This document shows, piece by piece, positions 51,171 to 61,271 of a DNA stretch of 64,000 nucleotides. The notes below the pieces were generated by a model that was not told the origin of the DNA, made no database searches, and saw nothing but the letters and a program-made list of their open reading frames with translations. The DNA is taken from contig CAWKDC010000001.1 in NCBI GenBank assembly GCA_963848305.1, positions 1,408,001 through 1,472,000 on the forward strand, written 5' to 3'. How positions within the stretch are numbered: the stretch's first letter is position 1; the number at the start of each line of letters is the position of its first letter. Position numbers and translations under genes: made by a program. Source of the DNA: an uncultured Gammaproteobacteria bacterium. GTDB lineage: Bacteria > Pseudomonadota > Gammaproteobacteria > JABCZS01.

Positions 51171-52298
51171 ATGAATACAGCAGCTCAAATCGCATTTTCC
51201 CATAAAATTCAGTCTCTTAAAGAGGAAAATGGTGGCACCATCCAAAGCTTTGTTCTGTTCGAAGCGTTTGCCATTTGGTTGAGGCAATATGTTCAACCAT
51301 GGACACAACCACCACATGCAGACGCGCCGGATCACAGTTTTAACCGTATTAGAGATGCCGCCGATACTTTTGATCGTGCAATAAGATCTGCTGTCAAGGG
51401 ATCTCAAAAAACCGCTGCCCATGCTCAATTCATTCTGGATATTATTTTCGATCCCATCGATCCTGAGCCAAAGACCATTATCATTCAAAAGCCTATTATT
51501 TTTTATGGCGCAAATCCTTCTCCGGGCATCCATGATTTCGATACCCTATCTCGCATTCAAAATCTCAAGTTAGTGCAACGTAAACAGGGCATTGCGGCCT
51601 CTGGGAATTATGATAAGTTACTTTCTCTGGCAGCAGCGATTCATTGCTTCAAGCAAGAAGCCAAGGCGCTCAAAAGAAAAATGAGGAGTTGGACACTAGA
51701 TGCTCAACCTCGAGGGGCACTGATAAAAAATTGGCTAGAAAAACATCTTGAGGAAACTCCAGCTGTTTCAAATCTCCCTTCGAGTCGTATCCCAGCACAT
51801 CATGAGGAAACTCCAGCTGTTTCAAATCTCCCTTCGAGTCGTATCCCAGCACATCATGAGGAAACTCCAGCTGTTTCAAATCTCCCTTCGAGTCGTATCC
51901 CAGCACATCATGAGGAAACTCCAGCTGTTTCAAATCTCCCTTCGAGTCGTATCCCAGCACATCATGAGGAAACTGAAGACAGCTCGCGGCGCGTATCGCC
52001 GGGTGTAGCGTTTTATTACGGCTTTATCGAATGTTTTTATGTGGGCGCAATACTCAGCATAGCTTTTTCATTCGCCAATCTTCCGCCAGAAATCCACGAT
52101 GATATCTTTTCATTGCCTGGTGGCGGACCAATGGCTTGTTTATGGATAGGCGTGGTGGTTGGTGTGGTCGTCGGTTTTGGTGCGGCGTACTACGTTGCTT
52201 CAAGACAGGCTGCAACGCGAAACATGCAGATTGTGCAGGGAACAAATCCGAGTGATCATAGTATCAATACTCCCCTGCTAGATGTGTCCCGGAGCTAA
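51171..52298 (+). CDS. Hypothetical protein with an 18-aa tandem repeat and two C-terminal TM helices
   Basis: EETPAVSNLPSSRIPAHH x4; hydrophobic FYVGAILSIAFSF and LWIGVVVGVVVGFGAAYYV. Confidence 0.72.
   Translation: MNTAAQIAFSHKIQSLKEENGGTIQSFVLFEAFAIWLRQYVQPWTQPPHADAPDHSFNRIRDAADTFDRAIRSAVKGSQKTAAHAQFILDIIFDPIDPEPKTIIIQKPIIFYGANPSPGIHDFDTLSRIQNLKLVQRKQGIAASGNYDKLLSLAAAIHCFKQEAKALKRKMRSWTLDAQPRGALIKNWLEKHLEETPAVSNLPSSRIPAHHEETPAVSNLPSSRIPAHHEETPAVSNLPSSRIPAHHEETPAVSNLPSSRIPAHHEETEDSSRRVSPGVAFYYGFIECFYVGAILSIAFSFANLPPEIHDDIFSLPGGGPMACLWIGVVVGVVVGFGAAYYVASRQAATRNMQIVQGTNPSDHSINTPLLDVSRS
51749..51974 (+). repeat. Perfect 54-bp coding tandem repeat, ~4.2 copies
   Basis: GAGGAAACTCCAGCTGTTTCAAATCTCCCTTCGAGTCGTATCCCAGCACATCAT at 51750, 51804, 51858, 51912, partial at 51966. 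Confidence 0.97.
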
Positions 52299-52349
52299 AG
52301 TATCAAACTTCTGGTTTTATCTCAATAGCAATTTATAAAAAGCTCTAAG

Positions 52350-52374
52350 GCTACAAGGCCATTGGCCTTGTAGC
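52350..52374. terminator. Hairpin between convergent genes (possible bidirectional terminator)
   Basis: GCTACAAGGCC-ATT-GGCCTTGTAGC perfect 11-bp stem. Confidence 0.55.
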
Positions 52375-52390
52375 TACGGTAAACCAGCGT

Positions 52391-53164
52391 TCAGTACGTC
52401 GTTGGTTTCGTTGTGGGATCCGAGGTTGCATGAGCCGTTGATGACGCACCCGTTGCAGCAGCACCCGCGGGGGTGTTGATAATGATCGATGAAGATGCTG
52501 GACTGGCCGGCGTGTCGAGACTTTGTAAACGTGATCGAATGAGAGCCGCCGTGTTGGGTTCTTGAGCAAAGTATGCGCCAAGTGCAGTGGATTCATCTAA
52601 CGCTTGATTGAGACGTGCCCTTTGATTTTCAACCGGTGTATCATTGACCAGGCGAGTGATGAGATATTGATAGAGACTGGCGTGAGTCATATGCTCATTG
52701 AGCACATTTCTTGCATTTAATAATTGATTCAGTTGGGCAGGTGCTGCCTTTCGTGCTGAGTCATAAAAAATTGCATTATGAAGCAGTACGAAGAAATCAT
52801 TATCAACCGTATTAATGAAAGATTCTACAGTCAATCCTAAGCGGACAATACTTGCATCTGCACCCGATCTGAGTAGATAAATAACAGTTTGTTGTTGATT
52901 TGTTTGTGTTGCTTTCATAAGGGGAGTGTAATCATCAGAGGGTAAGCCATTTACCGCGCCTCCCTTTGCTAGAAAGATAGGAAGTATATTGAACCTCCCC
53001 AATACTGCAGCATATTCGAAAGGAGAATCTTGACCTTGACTCGGTTGGTTGATCAGGTCAGGTATATTAACGTTAGGCGTGTCGAGTAGCTGGGAGATTT
53101 CATCCTGAGAATCTGCGAAAATCAAAGCCATGAGTTGTTGGCGTAGTGCTTCAATGTTAACCAT
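52391..53164 (-). CDS. Ankyrin-repeat protein
   Basis: DSPFEYAAVLGRFNILPIFLAKGGAVN, YTPLMKATQTNQQQTVIYLLRSGADAS; low-complexity A/S/T tail; GGAG RBS. Confidence 0.8.
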   Translation of the reverse strand: MVNIEALRQQLMALIFADSQDEISQLLDTPNVNIPDLINQPSQGQDSPFEYAAVLGRFNILPIFLAKGGAVNGLPSDDYTPLMKATQTNQQQTVIYLLRSGADASIVRLGLTVESFINTVDNDFFVLLHNAIFYDSARKAAPAQLNQLLNARNVLNEHMTHASLYQYLITRLVNDTPVENQRARLNQALDESTALGAYFAQEPNTAALIRSRLQSLDTPASPASSSIIINTPAGAAATGASSTAHATSDPTTKPTTY

Positions 53165-53364
53165 AAGATTTCTCCCAATGCGTTCAAAAAAGTTTGATAA
53201 TCCATTCCAATCATGAGATGCAATGTTTGAAAAACAATTCTCGCGACCTCATATTCATTTGTGATGATACCTCAAAAATATAAAACAATTCAACCCTTAT
53301 CTCTATTCATTAGAGAAGAAGTGGTGGATGAGGAAGAGGATTTTTAAAGGCGCATACAAAAGCA

Positions 53365-53740
53365 TCAGTTGATGACACATTCGCTTGTAGTCGCCGTATT
53401 GTCAGGATGCAATCTAGCCCAGTTTTCTTCAGCGTCCCTAAGAAACAGCACAGCTTTTTCTCTCGGTTCTGTCTTTTGAAGTTCATAGTCACGCGCAGTT
53501 TTTTGATCGTTGTCTCTGACGGTAGGGTTTGTGCCAGCTTCTACGAATAAACGAAGTTCTTTGCGTAACGTGAATCCATTTATTCCCACAGTCAAATTAT
53601 GCAGGTGTGTTCGACCATGCACATCGACCTCGTTTACTTTAACAATATTCATATTGATGAGGGAACGAACCTCATTGTAGTAGTTTAAGCGCATTAGAAA
53701 TAGATGGAATCCCGAGACAGTACATATTGATTAACGACAT
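53365..53740 (-). pseudogene. Short/degenerate ankyrin-like ORF, possibly frameshifted near 53690
   Basis: VNEVDVHGRTHLH...LFVEAGTNPTVRDNDQKTARDY; upstream ATG 53740 in another frame (MSLINMYCLGIPSISNALK). Confidence 0.5.
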
Positions 53741-53889
53741 GACATTCCTAGGCAGTATAGGGGTGCTTTGATTTTTCGAAAATTTTTTTTGCTGACAAAT
53801 CAGTTGGGTTTGGAAATTATCAAATGCATTGACAAGAGAGCCTGGCACCCTTTAAGATAGTCAACATATTGGGTATTTTGTAGGGGGAT

Positions 53890-54591
53890 ATGATGAAAGC
53901 AACGATAGAGCAGTATTTCGAAAAAGAAGATTTGAAAAATATCAATCATTACAGTGGGTTAGCTGAGCTGGTTTTTGCCGTGGCTTTCGTAACCACTTTA
54001 CAGTTCAGCGAAGAAACCATCACCCAAGATCAAGGGTTTTATGCACTGGCCGTGTTGATCCCGCTTTATTTGCTGATGTGTGCGTCTAAGATTGCTCGAG
54101 TGGAGCTCAAGAAGGAGTCCCTGACTGAGTGGGATAGGGGTGCTCAACTTTGGAACGTCGCCAAGTTTGGTTTGGTAGCGACTGGCACTGTTTTCGCGAT
54201 TTTGGGCTTTGAGGCATTGCGACTCGATCCGAATGATGCCATGGGGGATGTGGATCTCAAATTAGGATTTGGGCTGATCATCGCTGCTGGATTGCTGTCG
54301 ACGGTATATGCCGCCTACAAAGCGACGAAATATGCTGATAGCAGCAACACTAAACACAACAAAGTTGAGAAAATCAATCACAATCGTGCCAAAGCGGCCA
54401 TTGGATTTTTGATTGTAGCGGCTTTTACGTGCTTAACATTTGGGGATATGTTTGCGGACACAACGCAGCCATTCAAATTCAGTTATGGCGAAACTGAGGA
54501 TTGGCACAAAGCAGGTTGGGGCTTGCTGCTGTTTGGCGCTGGACTCCCGGTCATGTCGGAATTGACGAAGGTGCGGCCTCAGAATAAATAG
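53890..54591 (+). CDS. Hypothetical multi-pass membrane protein (~6 TM)
   Basis: 233 aa, hydrophobic segments; TTGACA-N18-TAAGAT at 53829-53858 and GGGGG RBS. Confidence 0.72.
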   Translation: MMKATIEQYFEKEDLKNINHYSGLAELVFAVAFVTTLQFSEETITQDQGFYALAVLIPLYLLMCASKIARVELKKESLTEWDRGAQLWNVAKFGLVATGTVFAILGFEALRLDPNDAMGDVDLKLGFGLIIAAGLLSTVYAAYKATKYADSSNTKHNKVEKINHNRAKAAIGFLIVAAFTCLTFGDMFADTTQPFKFSYGETEDWHKAGWGLLLFGAGLPVMSELTKVRPQNK

Positions 54592-54597
54592 CGTTTT

Positions 54598-54642
54598 GTA
54601 GGGGCGGGTATACCCGCCCCTGCGCCGCGAATGCGTTCCTAC
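54598..54642. repeat. GTAG-type REP element
   Basis: GTAGGGGCGGGTATACCCGCCCCTGC...CCTAC at the valS 3' end. Confidence 0.8.
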
Positions 54643-54656
54643 AAAGGTGAATACAA

Positions 54657-57422
54657 TTACCTCAATCTCTCTTGTTGCCCCTTCAACCCCGCAATCAAAC
54701 CTGTCAGCTCGATCACCCGGGCTTTATCGCGTTCGACAACATCAGCCGGGGCGCGCTCAGCATAATTTGGCACAGCCAATTTTTGTGACAGCTTCAACCA
54801 TTCTTTCTCATGTTTTTCCAATAATTTCGCGATGCGGGCGAGTTCCACTTTTTTATCAATAAAATCAGCGAGCGGCACATGAATTTCGAGGCCTTCAATG
54901 ATTGCACTGGATGTCGCAGGCAATGTTGCATGATTCTCGACAAAAGTGATTGTTCCCGTATTCGCCAAGCGTTGCATGAAAGCAGTGTATAAATCAAATC
55001 GTTTGATAGCGTTTTGATCAGCATTTTTGATTAAAAGCGGTAGTGCAATTTTCGGAGACACATTCATTTCACCGCGAATATTGCGCACGGCGACAATCAC
55101 AGATTGTAACCAGGCCATGTCTTTTTCTGCGTCCACATCGATCAGATCAACATTTACCGCAGGATAATCCATGATCATGATCGAATTCAATGCGGGCTGG
55201 GTGATCACCGCCACACGCTGCCAAATTTCTTCTGTGATGAATGGTGCGAAAGGATGCATCAAACGCAACACGCATTCTAACACTGTGACCAACGTATAAC
55301 GCGCAGCATATTGCACGCGATGGTTCTCAGATTGTAATAACGGTTTGGATAATTCCAAATACCAATCACAAAAATGATTCCACACAAATTCATACAAGGC
55401 TTGCGTTGCAAAATCATAACGGAAATGATCTAAACTCTCACGAACTGTGGCGACTGTTTTTTGCAATGTTGAAAAAATATAACGTTCGGCAATGCTGAAT
55501 TCACAATCAGTTACCAACGGATAAGCGTGTGATTCTGTGTTCATTAATACATAGCGTGCACTGTTCCACAATTTATTGCAAAAATTGCGATAGCCATTCA
55601 CGCGTTGCATATCAAATTGAACGTGGCGCTGGCTGGATGGCAATGAACAAAACATCAGGCGCAATGCATCTGTGCCATGCGCATCAATCCCATCGGGGAA
55701 TTCATTGCGTGTTTCTTTTTCAATTTTTTTTGCCATCTGCGGTTGCATCAAACCTGATGTGCGTTTAGCGACGAGGGGTTCAAGATCAATGCCTTGAATG
55801 ATATCGATCGGATCAAGCACGTTGCCCTTCGATTTAGACATTTTTTGCCCATGCGAATCACAGATCAGGCCGTGAATATAGACACGTTTAAAAGGCACTT
55901 TTCCTGTGAATTTAAGCCCCATCATGATCATGCGGGCGACCCAGAAGAAAATAATATCAAAGCCGGAAATGAGAACGCTGGTGGGATAGAACAGGTTGAA
56001 ATCAGGTGTTTTGTCAGGCCAGCCCAAAGTGGAGAAAGGCCAGAGTGCTGATGAAAACCAAGTGTCCAATACGTCTTCATCTTGACGTAACACAACGTCA
56101 GAACCCAATCCATATTTGGCGCGTACCAAATCTTCATTGTCAGCGACATATATTTTACCGGCATTATCGTACCAAGCCGGGATACGATGACCCCACCAAA
56201 GTTGGCGTGAAATACACCAATCTTTAATATCGCGCATCCAGGCGAAATACGTGTTTTCCCAATGTTTCGGTGAAAATTCAATGTCACCCTTTTCGACCGC
56301 TTCAATGGCAGGCTTGGCCAAAGGTTCAATTTTCACAAACCATTGCGAGGTGAGCATGGGTTCCAAAATGGTACCAGATCGATCGCCGCGTGGACGTTTG
56401 GTACGATAGGGTTCAATTTTATCGATCAAGCCCAGTGCATTCAAATCTTCAACAATGCGTTCACGTGCGACCGTGCGATCTAATCCTTGGTATTGTTTAG
56501 GCGTATTGTCATTCAAGGTGCCATTCAAATGAAACACACTGATCATGGGTAATTCGTGACGCAAGCCTAGCTCATAATCGTTGAAATCATGGGCGGGCGT
56601 GATTTTCACGCAACCAGTTCCAAATGAGGCATCGACATAATCATCAGCAATGATAGGGATTTGACGACCTGTGATAGGATGTGCAATGAATTGGCCAATC
56701 AATACTTGATAACGTTCATCGCTTGGGTTGACCGCAACAGCTGTATCGCCCAACATGGTTTCAGGACGTGTGGTTGCAACATGAATAAACATATCAGGTT
56801 GGTTCGCGAGAGGATAACGCATATGCCATAAAAAAGTATCTTCCTCAACCATCTCTACTTCGAGATCTGACACGGCAGTGTTCAACGCGCAATCCCAGTT
56901 AACCAGACGTTGACCACGGTAAATTAAATCTTCATCGTATAACCGTACAAACACTTCACGAACTGCACGTGATAACCCTTCATCCATGGTGAAGCGTTCA
57001 CGCGACCAGTCGGCAGAAATTCCCATGCGTTTGAATTGGCTGGCGATCATGTTGCCGGATTCTTCCTTCCATGCCCAGACGGATTTGACGAATGCATCGC
57101 GCCCAATCTCAATGCGTGATTGACCTTGCGCATTCAACTGGCGCTCCACCACCATTTGAGTTGCGATGCCCGCGTGATCCGTGCCGACTTGCCAATGCGT
57201 GGTTTGGCCTTTCATGCGATGATAGCGGATCAAACAATCCATGAGGGATGCTTCGAGCGCATGTCCCATGTGCAAACTGCCGGTGACATTGGGTGGTGGC
57301 AACATCAAACAGAATGGTTCTTGATTCCCTTTCGGAATGAAGTGCCCCGCAGTTTCCCAAGTCGTATACCAATGCGACTCAATCGCAGCGGGATCGTATG
57401 TTTTGTTTAATGCTTCCGACAT
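54657..57422 (-). CDS. valS: Valine--tRNA ligase
   Basis: PPPNVTGSLHMGHA, DWCISRQLWWGHRIP, DVLDTWFSS, KMSKS. Confidence 0.98.
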   Translation of the reverse strand: MSEALNKTYDPAAIESHWYTTWETAGHFIPKGNQEPFCLMLPPPNVTGSLHMGHALEASLMDCLIRYHRMKGQTTHWQVGTDHAGIATQMVVERQLNAQGQSRIEIGRDAFVKSVWAWKEESGNMIASQFKRMGISADWSRERFTMDEGLSRAVREVFVRLYDEDLIYRGQRLVNWDCALNTAVSDLEVEMVEEDTFLWHMRYPLANQPDMFIHVATTRPETMLGDTAVAVNPSDERYQVLIGQFIAHPITGRQIPIIADDYVDASFGTGCVKITPAHDFNDYELGLRHELPMISVFHLNGTLNDNTPKQYQGLDRTVARERIVEDLNALGLIDKIEPYRTKRPRGDRSGTILEPMLTSQWFVKIEPLAKPAIEAVEKGDIEFSPKHWENTYFAWMRDIKDWCISRQLWWGHRIPAWYDNAGKIYVADNEDLVRAKYGLGSDVVLRQDEDVLDTWFSSALWPFSTLGWPDKTPDFNLFYPTSVLISGFDIIFFWVARMIMMGLKFTGKVPFKRVYIHGLICDSHGQKMSKSKGNVLDPIDIIQGIDLEPLVAKRTSGLMQPQMAKKIEKETRNEFPDGIDAHGTDALRLMFCSLPSSQRHVQFDMQRVNGYRNFCNKLWNSARYVLMNTESHAYPLVTDCEFSIAERYIFSTLQKTVATVRESLDHFRYDFATQALYEFVWNHFCDWYLELSKPLLQSENHRVQYAARYTLVTVLECVLRLMHPFAPFITEEIWQRVAVITQPALNSIMIMDYPAVNVDLIDVDAEKDMAWLQSVIVAVRNIRGEMNVSPKIALPLLIKNADQNAIKRFDLYTAFMQRLANTGTITFVENHATLPATSSAIIEGLEIHVPLADFIDKKVELARIAKLLEKHEKEWLKLSQKLAVPNYAERAPADVVERDKARVIELTGLIAGLKGQQERLR

Positions 57423-57461
57423 ATGGCACCTATCTCATTTATCAATCTATGATGCCCCCTT

Positions 57462-57484
57462 GTAGGGGGCGCATACTTGTGTCC
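57462..57484. repeat. Degenerate GTAG REP between pepA and valS
   Basis: GTAGGGGGCGCATACTTGTGTCC resembles the 48088 copy. Confidence 0.55.
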
Positions 57485-57498
57485 ATCAGGGGAGGTTG

Positions 57499-59007
57499 TT
57501 AACGACCCGAACGATTCAATAAAAACGCCGCCAATAACGACACGGGCCTACCAGTCGCATGCGCGTCTTTGCCTGTGACAAAAGCAGTTCCCGCGACATC
57601 CAAATGTGCCCACGCAGTGCCTTCATCAATAAAGCGCGATAAGAAACACGCAGCGGTGATGCTGCCCGCTTCACTGCCGCCTACATTGCCCATGTCGGCA
57701 AATGGACTGTCGAGTTGTGATTGATATTCTTCCCACACAGGCAATTGCCATACGCGATCCAAACTGTTTTCACCGGCTTTGATCAATTCGTCAGCCAATG
57801 CCTGTTGATTGCTAAACACCGCGCTAGCATGACGACCCAGTGACACGATAACCGCCCCGGTGAGCGTGGCAACGTCAATGATTGTCTCGGGATGAAATGT
57901 TTGTTGCGCATAGGTAAGCGTATCGCATAATACCAGGCGACCTTCCGCATCCGTATTGGCGATTTCAACGGTTTTGCCACTCATTGTTGTGACGATATCA
58001 TCAGGACGGGTAGCATGACCAGACGGCATGTTTTCAGCGCAAGCCATCAATGCAACGATATTGAGTGGCAGCTTCAATGTCGCTGCCAATTCGATGGCGG
58101 CCAAGACACTGGCGGCACCACACATGTCGTATTTCATGCCCACAATCGCTTGACTGTTTTTCAATGAAATACCGCCGGTATCGAAGGTGATACCCTTCCC
58201 AACGAGTGCAATGGGTTTATCTTGTTTGTCGCCGCCTTTGTATTCAATCACCACAAGTTGAGCGGGTTTATCACTGCCTTGTGTCACGGCCATGAAAGCG
58301 CCCATGCCCAAGTGTGCGATGTCTTTTTGTGACAAAACTTTCACGTGCGTATTGGGCAGTTTTTTGCAAAGTGTCACAGCGGTGTCAGCCATGTATTCAG
58401 GCGTGCAGACATTGGGTGGTGTATTGCCGAGATCGCGCACCTGTTTGACCGCCTTCGCAACAGCTTGACTTTGTGCCAGGGCAAGGGTTAATGCAGGGTG
58501 TGATAATGCATCATCGGGGAAAAAGACATGCATGGATGAAGGATCCGCAGGTTTGTCAGCGTCCTCTTTGGGTGTCCCTTTGAATGCTTTTAATTCATAG
58601 GCCGCATATTCCAATGTTTCGATGGCTTGACGGATTTTCCATGCATGGGTTTGGCCTGTGACAGGGATATCGGTTAAAAAACAGGCGACCATTTTGCTGG
58701 TTTTTTTAGCGAGTGTTGAAGCCGCCCCGCGCATGATTTTTTGAAATGCCAGGTTGTCCAGTTTATCGGCCTTGCCCAATCCTACCAGGATGATCCGTGC
58801 GATCGGTTGAGCTTGTGTGGGATAGATCACACAGGTAGAACCTGCTTTTGGGGTAAAATCTTTCAAGGAGACTGTGGATGTCAAGGCGCCTTGGAGGCGA
58901 GCATCAACGCTGGCAGTGGCAGGGGGGAAGTCGGCTGATTCATATACACCGAGGATGAGTGTGTCACAGGCTTGTGTCAACAATGACTCAGATAATCCAA
59001 ATTGCAT
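57499..59007 (-). CDS. pepA: Leucyl aminopeptidase (M17)
   Basis: LVGKGITFDTGGISLK, MKYDMCGAA, NTDAEGRL, WAHLDVAG. Confidence 0.97.
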   Translation of the reverse strand: MQFGLSESLLTQACDTLILGVYESADFPPATASVDARLQGALTSTVSLKDFTPKAGSTCVIYPTQAQPIARIILVGLGKADKLDNLAFQKIMRGAASTLAKKTSKMVACFLTDIPVTGQTHAWKIRQAIETLEYAAYELKAFKGTPKEDADKPADPSSMHVFFPDDALSHPALTLALAQSQAVAKAVKQVRDLGNTPPNVCTPEYMADTAVTLCKKLPNTHVKVLSQKDIAHLGMGAFMAVTQGSDKPAQLVVIEYKGGDKQDKPIALVGKGITFDTGGISLKNSQAIVGMKYDMCGAASVLAAIELAATLKLPLNIVALMACAENMPSGHATRPDDIVTTMSGKTVEIANTDAEGRLVLCDTLTYAQQTFHPETIIDVATLTGAVIVSLGRHASAVFSNQQALADELIKAGENSLDRVWQLPVWEEYQSQLDSPFADMGNVGGSEAGSITAACFLSRFIDEGTAWAHLDVAGTAFVTGKDAHATGRPVSLLAAFLLNRSGR

Positions 59008-59116
59008 GTTCTGCTCCTTAAATGTTACACCTCATGTATAATCCCTTCAGGTATAATACATAGGTGGCGCTGGCAAAAGCGTATTGTAACGTAATTTACA
59101 GACTTAGGGGCTACGG

Positions 59117-60214
59117 TTGACAATCATTGGGCGCACCCTTGGGCGCGAAATACTTTCATCGATGGCGGCTGTGCTGTCGGTGCTGTTGCTGGTAGGCATC
59201 AGTAATAAGTTTGTTTCCTATCTTTCTGATGCGGCGGCGGGCGAAGTCGCTGCAGGTTTAGTGTTGAAAATTGTTGGCATGCATTTGCCCAGTTTGCTGG
59301 GCGTGTTAATACCCTTGGCATTCTTTCTGGGGGTGGTGTTGTCTTTGGGGCGGATGTATGCGGATGCGGAAATGCCGGCGTTGTTTGCTTGTGGCATGTC
59401 CTTTAATACCTTGATCAAAGTTGTGATGGTGCCAGCGGCCGCACTCACTGCTATCGCGCTGGTGATCAATCTGTGGGTTGCACCGCATTATATGTATCAG
59501 GTCGCGCAAGTGGTGGCCACATCACAAACAGATTTGGTGTCACGTGCCATTCAACCTGGGCGATTTCAAATGTCAGATAATGGGCAATATGTGCTGTACA
59601 TCGATCATGTATCGCCTAATAGCGAGGAAGCCTTTGATGTCTTCATTGCTGAGCAAGCCCCGAAAAACGCAAAGTTTAATGTCGGTGTGATTGCCAGTTC
59701 ATCAGGTTACCACTGGATTGATCCTAAAACGGACAATGAATATATTGTGTTGAAGGATGGACACCGCTATCAAGGTTTGCCCGGCCAGGGGAATTATCAG
59801 CTCATGACGTTCCAAGAATATGGTTTGAAAGTGTCCAATGGCGCGCCTAAATTTCGCATCAAGGAACGCGCAATGCAGCCTTCTGCGCTGATCGGCAGCG
59901 ATGACAGGGAGCAACAAGCGGAATTACAATGGCGAATTTGCCTCAGCATTTCCACGTTTATCCTGGGGTTATGGGGTATTGTCATGTCTCGCGTCAAGCC
60001 CCGACAAGGGAAATACGCGAAAGCATTTCCAGCCATTCTCACCGCGATCATCTATATCAATGCGCTCATTTTTGCGCGAAGTTATTATGAAGATTCATCC
60101 TTGCCGATCTGGATTGGGTTGTATTGGCTACCTGTATTGGCGTTGATATTATTGGCCGCTGTGTTGTGGTGGCAATCCCGCTGGCGTCACATTTTCCGGG
60201 GGCGAGATGTTTAA
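59117..60214 (+). CDS. lptF: LPS export permease LptF
   Basis: LGRMYADAEM...ACG, PGRFQ, LKDGHRYQG, AELQWRI, PRQGKY; divergent from pepA. Confidence 0.93.
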   Translation: MTIIGRTLGREILSSMAAVLSVLLLVGISNKFVSYLSDAAAGEVAAGLVLKIVGMHLPSLLGVLIPLAFFLGVVLSLGRMYADAEMPALFACGMSFNTLIKVVMVPAAALTAIALVINLWVAPHYMYQVAQVVATSQTDLVSRAIQPGRFQMSDNGQYVLYIDHVSPNSEEAFDVFIAEQAPKNAKFNVGVIASSSGYHWIDPKTDNEYIVLKDGHRYQGLPGQGNYQLMTFQEYGLKVSNGAPKFRIKERAMQPSALIGSDDREQQAELQWRICLSISTFILGLWGIVMSRVKPRQGKYAKAFPAILTAIIYINALIFARSYYEDSSLPIWIGLYWLPVLALILLAAVLWWQSRWRHIFRGRDV

Positions 60215-61271
60215 CATATTAGATCGATACATTGCCAGCACTTCATTACTCCTGATTGCTGCCGCGCTATTATTGGTGTTGGGTGTTGATTTTTTATTTG
60301 CGTATATTCATGAATTGACAGTGGCCGGAAAAGGCGACTATCACGCAGCCTCTGCATTGGTTTATGTGATACTCACGTTGCCGCGTCGTCTGTATGATAT
60401 GTTTCCCATTGCGAGCCTGATTGGCGTGTTGATGGCATTGGGTTTGTTGGCATCGCGCAGCGAGTTGATCGTGATGCGCGCGAGCGGGATGTCCATGACG
60501 CAAATCGCGGGTGCTGTTGCAAAAGTCGGTTTGCTGATGGCATTGTTGGCGTCATTGCTCGGTGAATTTGTCGTACCCCGCGCGGAATACGCGGCAGAAG
60601 GTTTGAAAATCCAGGCGAAAAGCAGTGGACAAGCAGTGTTAACGGCTCAGGGAACATGGGTGCGTGAAAACAGGGACTTCATTCACATCCGTCGTTTGTT
60701 ACCCAATGGTTTGTTGCAAGAAGTGACACGTTATCATTTCAATGATCATTACGAATTGCAAAGCACGACGTTTATCCAAGAAGCAACATTCGATGACGAC
60801 CAGTGGATATTGAAAGGCATTAAAAAAAGCAAGATCACGCCCGAGCGGGTGACGATGGAAGCAAAAGACAATGGCACCACAAAAGATTTAATTGATCCTA
60901 CTTTACTCGATGTTTTGTTAAGTGAGCCCGACAATTTATCCTTGATGGGACTGTATCATTATATCGATTACTTGAAAGACAATCGCTTGGATCCCAGCCA
61001 TTATCAGTTGATTTTTTGGCAAAAAATAGTGGCGCCCTTTGCCGTTGTGTTGATGATTTTGTTGGGTGTGCCTTTCGTGTTCGGGCCACTGCGCAATGCG
61101 TCCATGGGCTTGCGTATGTTGTCGGGTATTTTCTTTGGGTTTTTATTTTATTTGATCAATGAAATGTTCGGACCGTTAAGTTTGGTGTATCATTTTCCGC
61201 CCGTGGTGGCTGCGCTGGCACCCTTGGTTTTGTTTTCTGTATTAGGACTGTGGATGATGAGGCGTGTATGA
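60207..61271 (+). CDS. lptG: LPS export permease LptG
   Basis: ILDRYIA, LASRSELIVMRASG, FWQKI, PFVFGPLR. Confidence 0.95.
   Translation: MFNILDRYIASTSLLLIAAALLLVLGVDFLFAYIHELTVAGKGDYHAASALVYVILTLPRRLYDMFPIASLIGVLMALGLLASRSELIVMRASGMSMTQIAGAVAKVGLLMALLASLLGEFVVPRAEYAAEGLKIQAKSSGQAVLTAQGTWVRENRDFIHIRRLLPNGLLQEVTRYHFNDHYELQSTTFIQEATFDDDQWILKGIKKSKITPERVTMEAKDNGTTKDLIDPTLLDVLLSEPDNLSLMGLYHYIDYLKDNRLDPSHYQLIFWQKIVAPFAVVLMILLGVPFVFGPLRNASMGLRMLSGIFFGFLFYLINEMFGPLSLVYHFPPVVAALAPLVLFSVLGLWMMRRV

Noticed and set aside
51749-51974. Possible CRISPR array
   Set aside because: Units are identical head-to-tail 54-mers with no unique spacers, in frame within a CDS; no cas genes.
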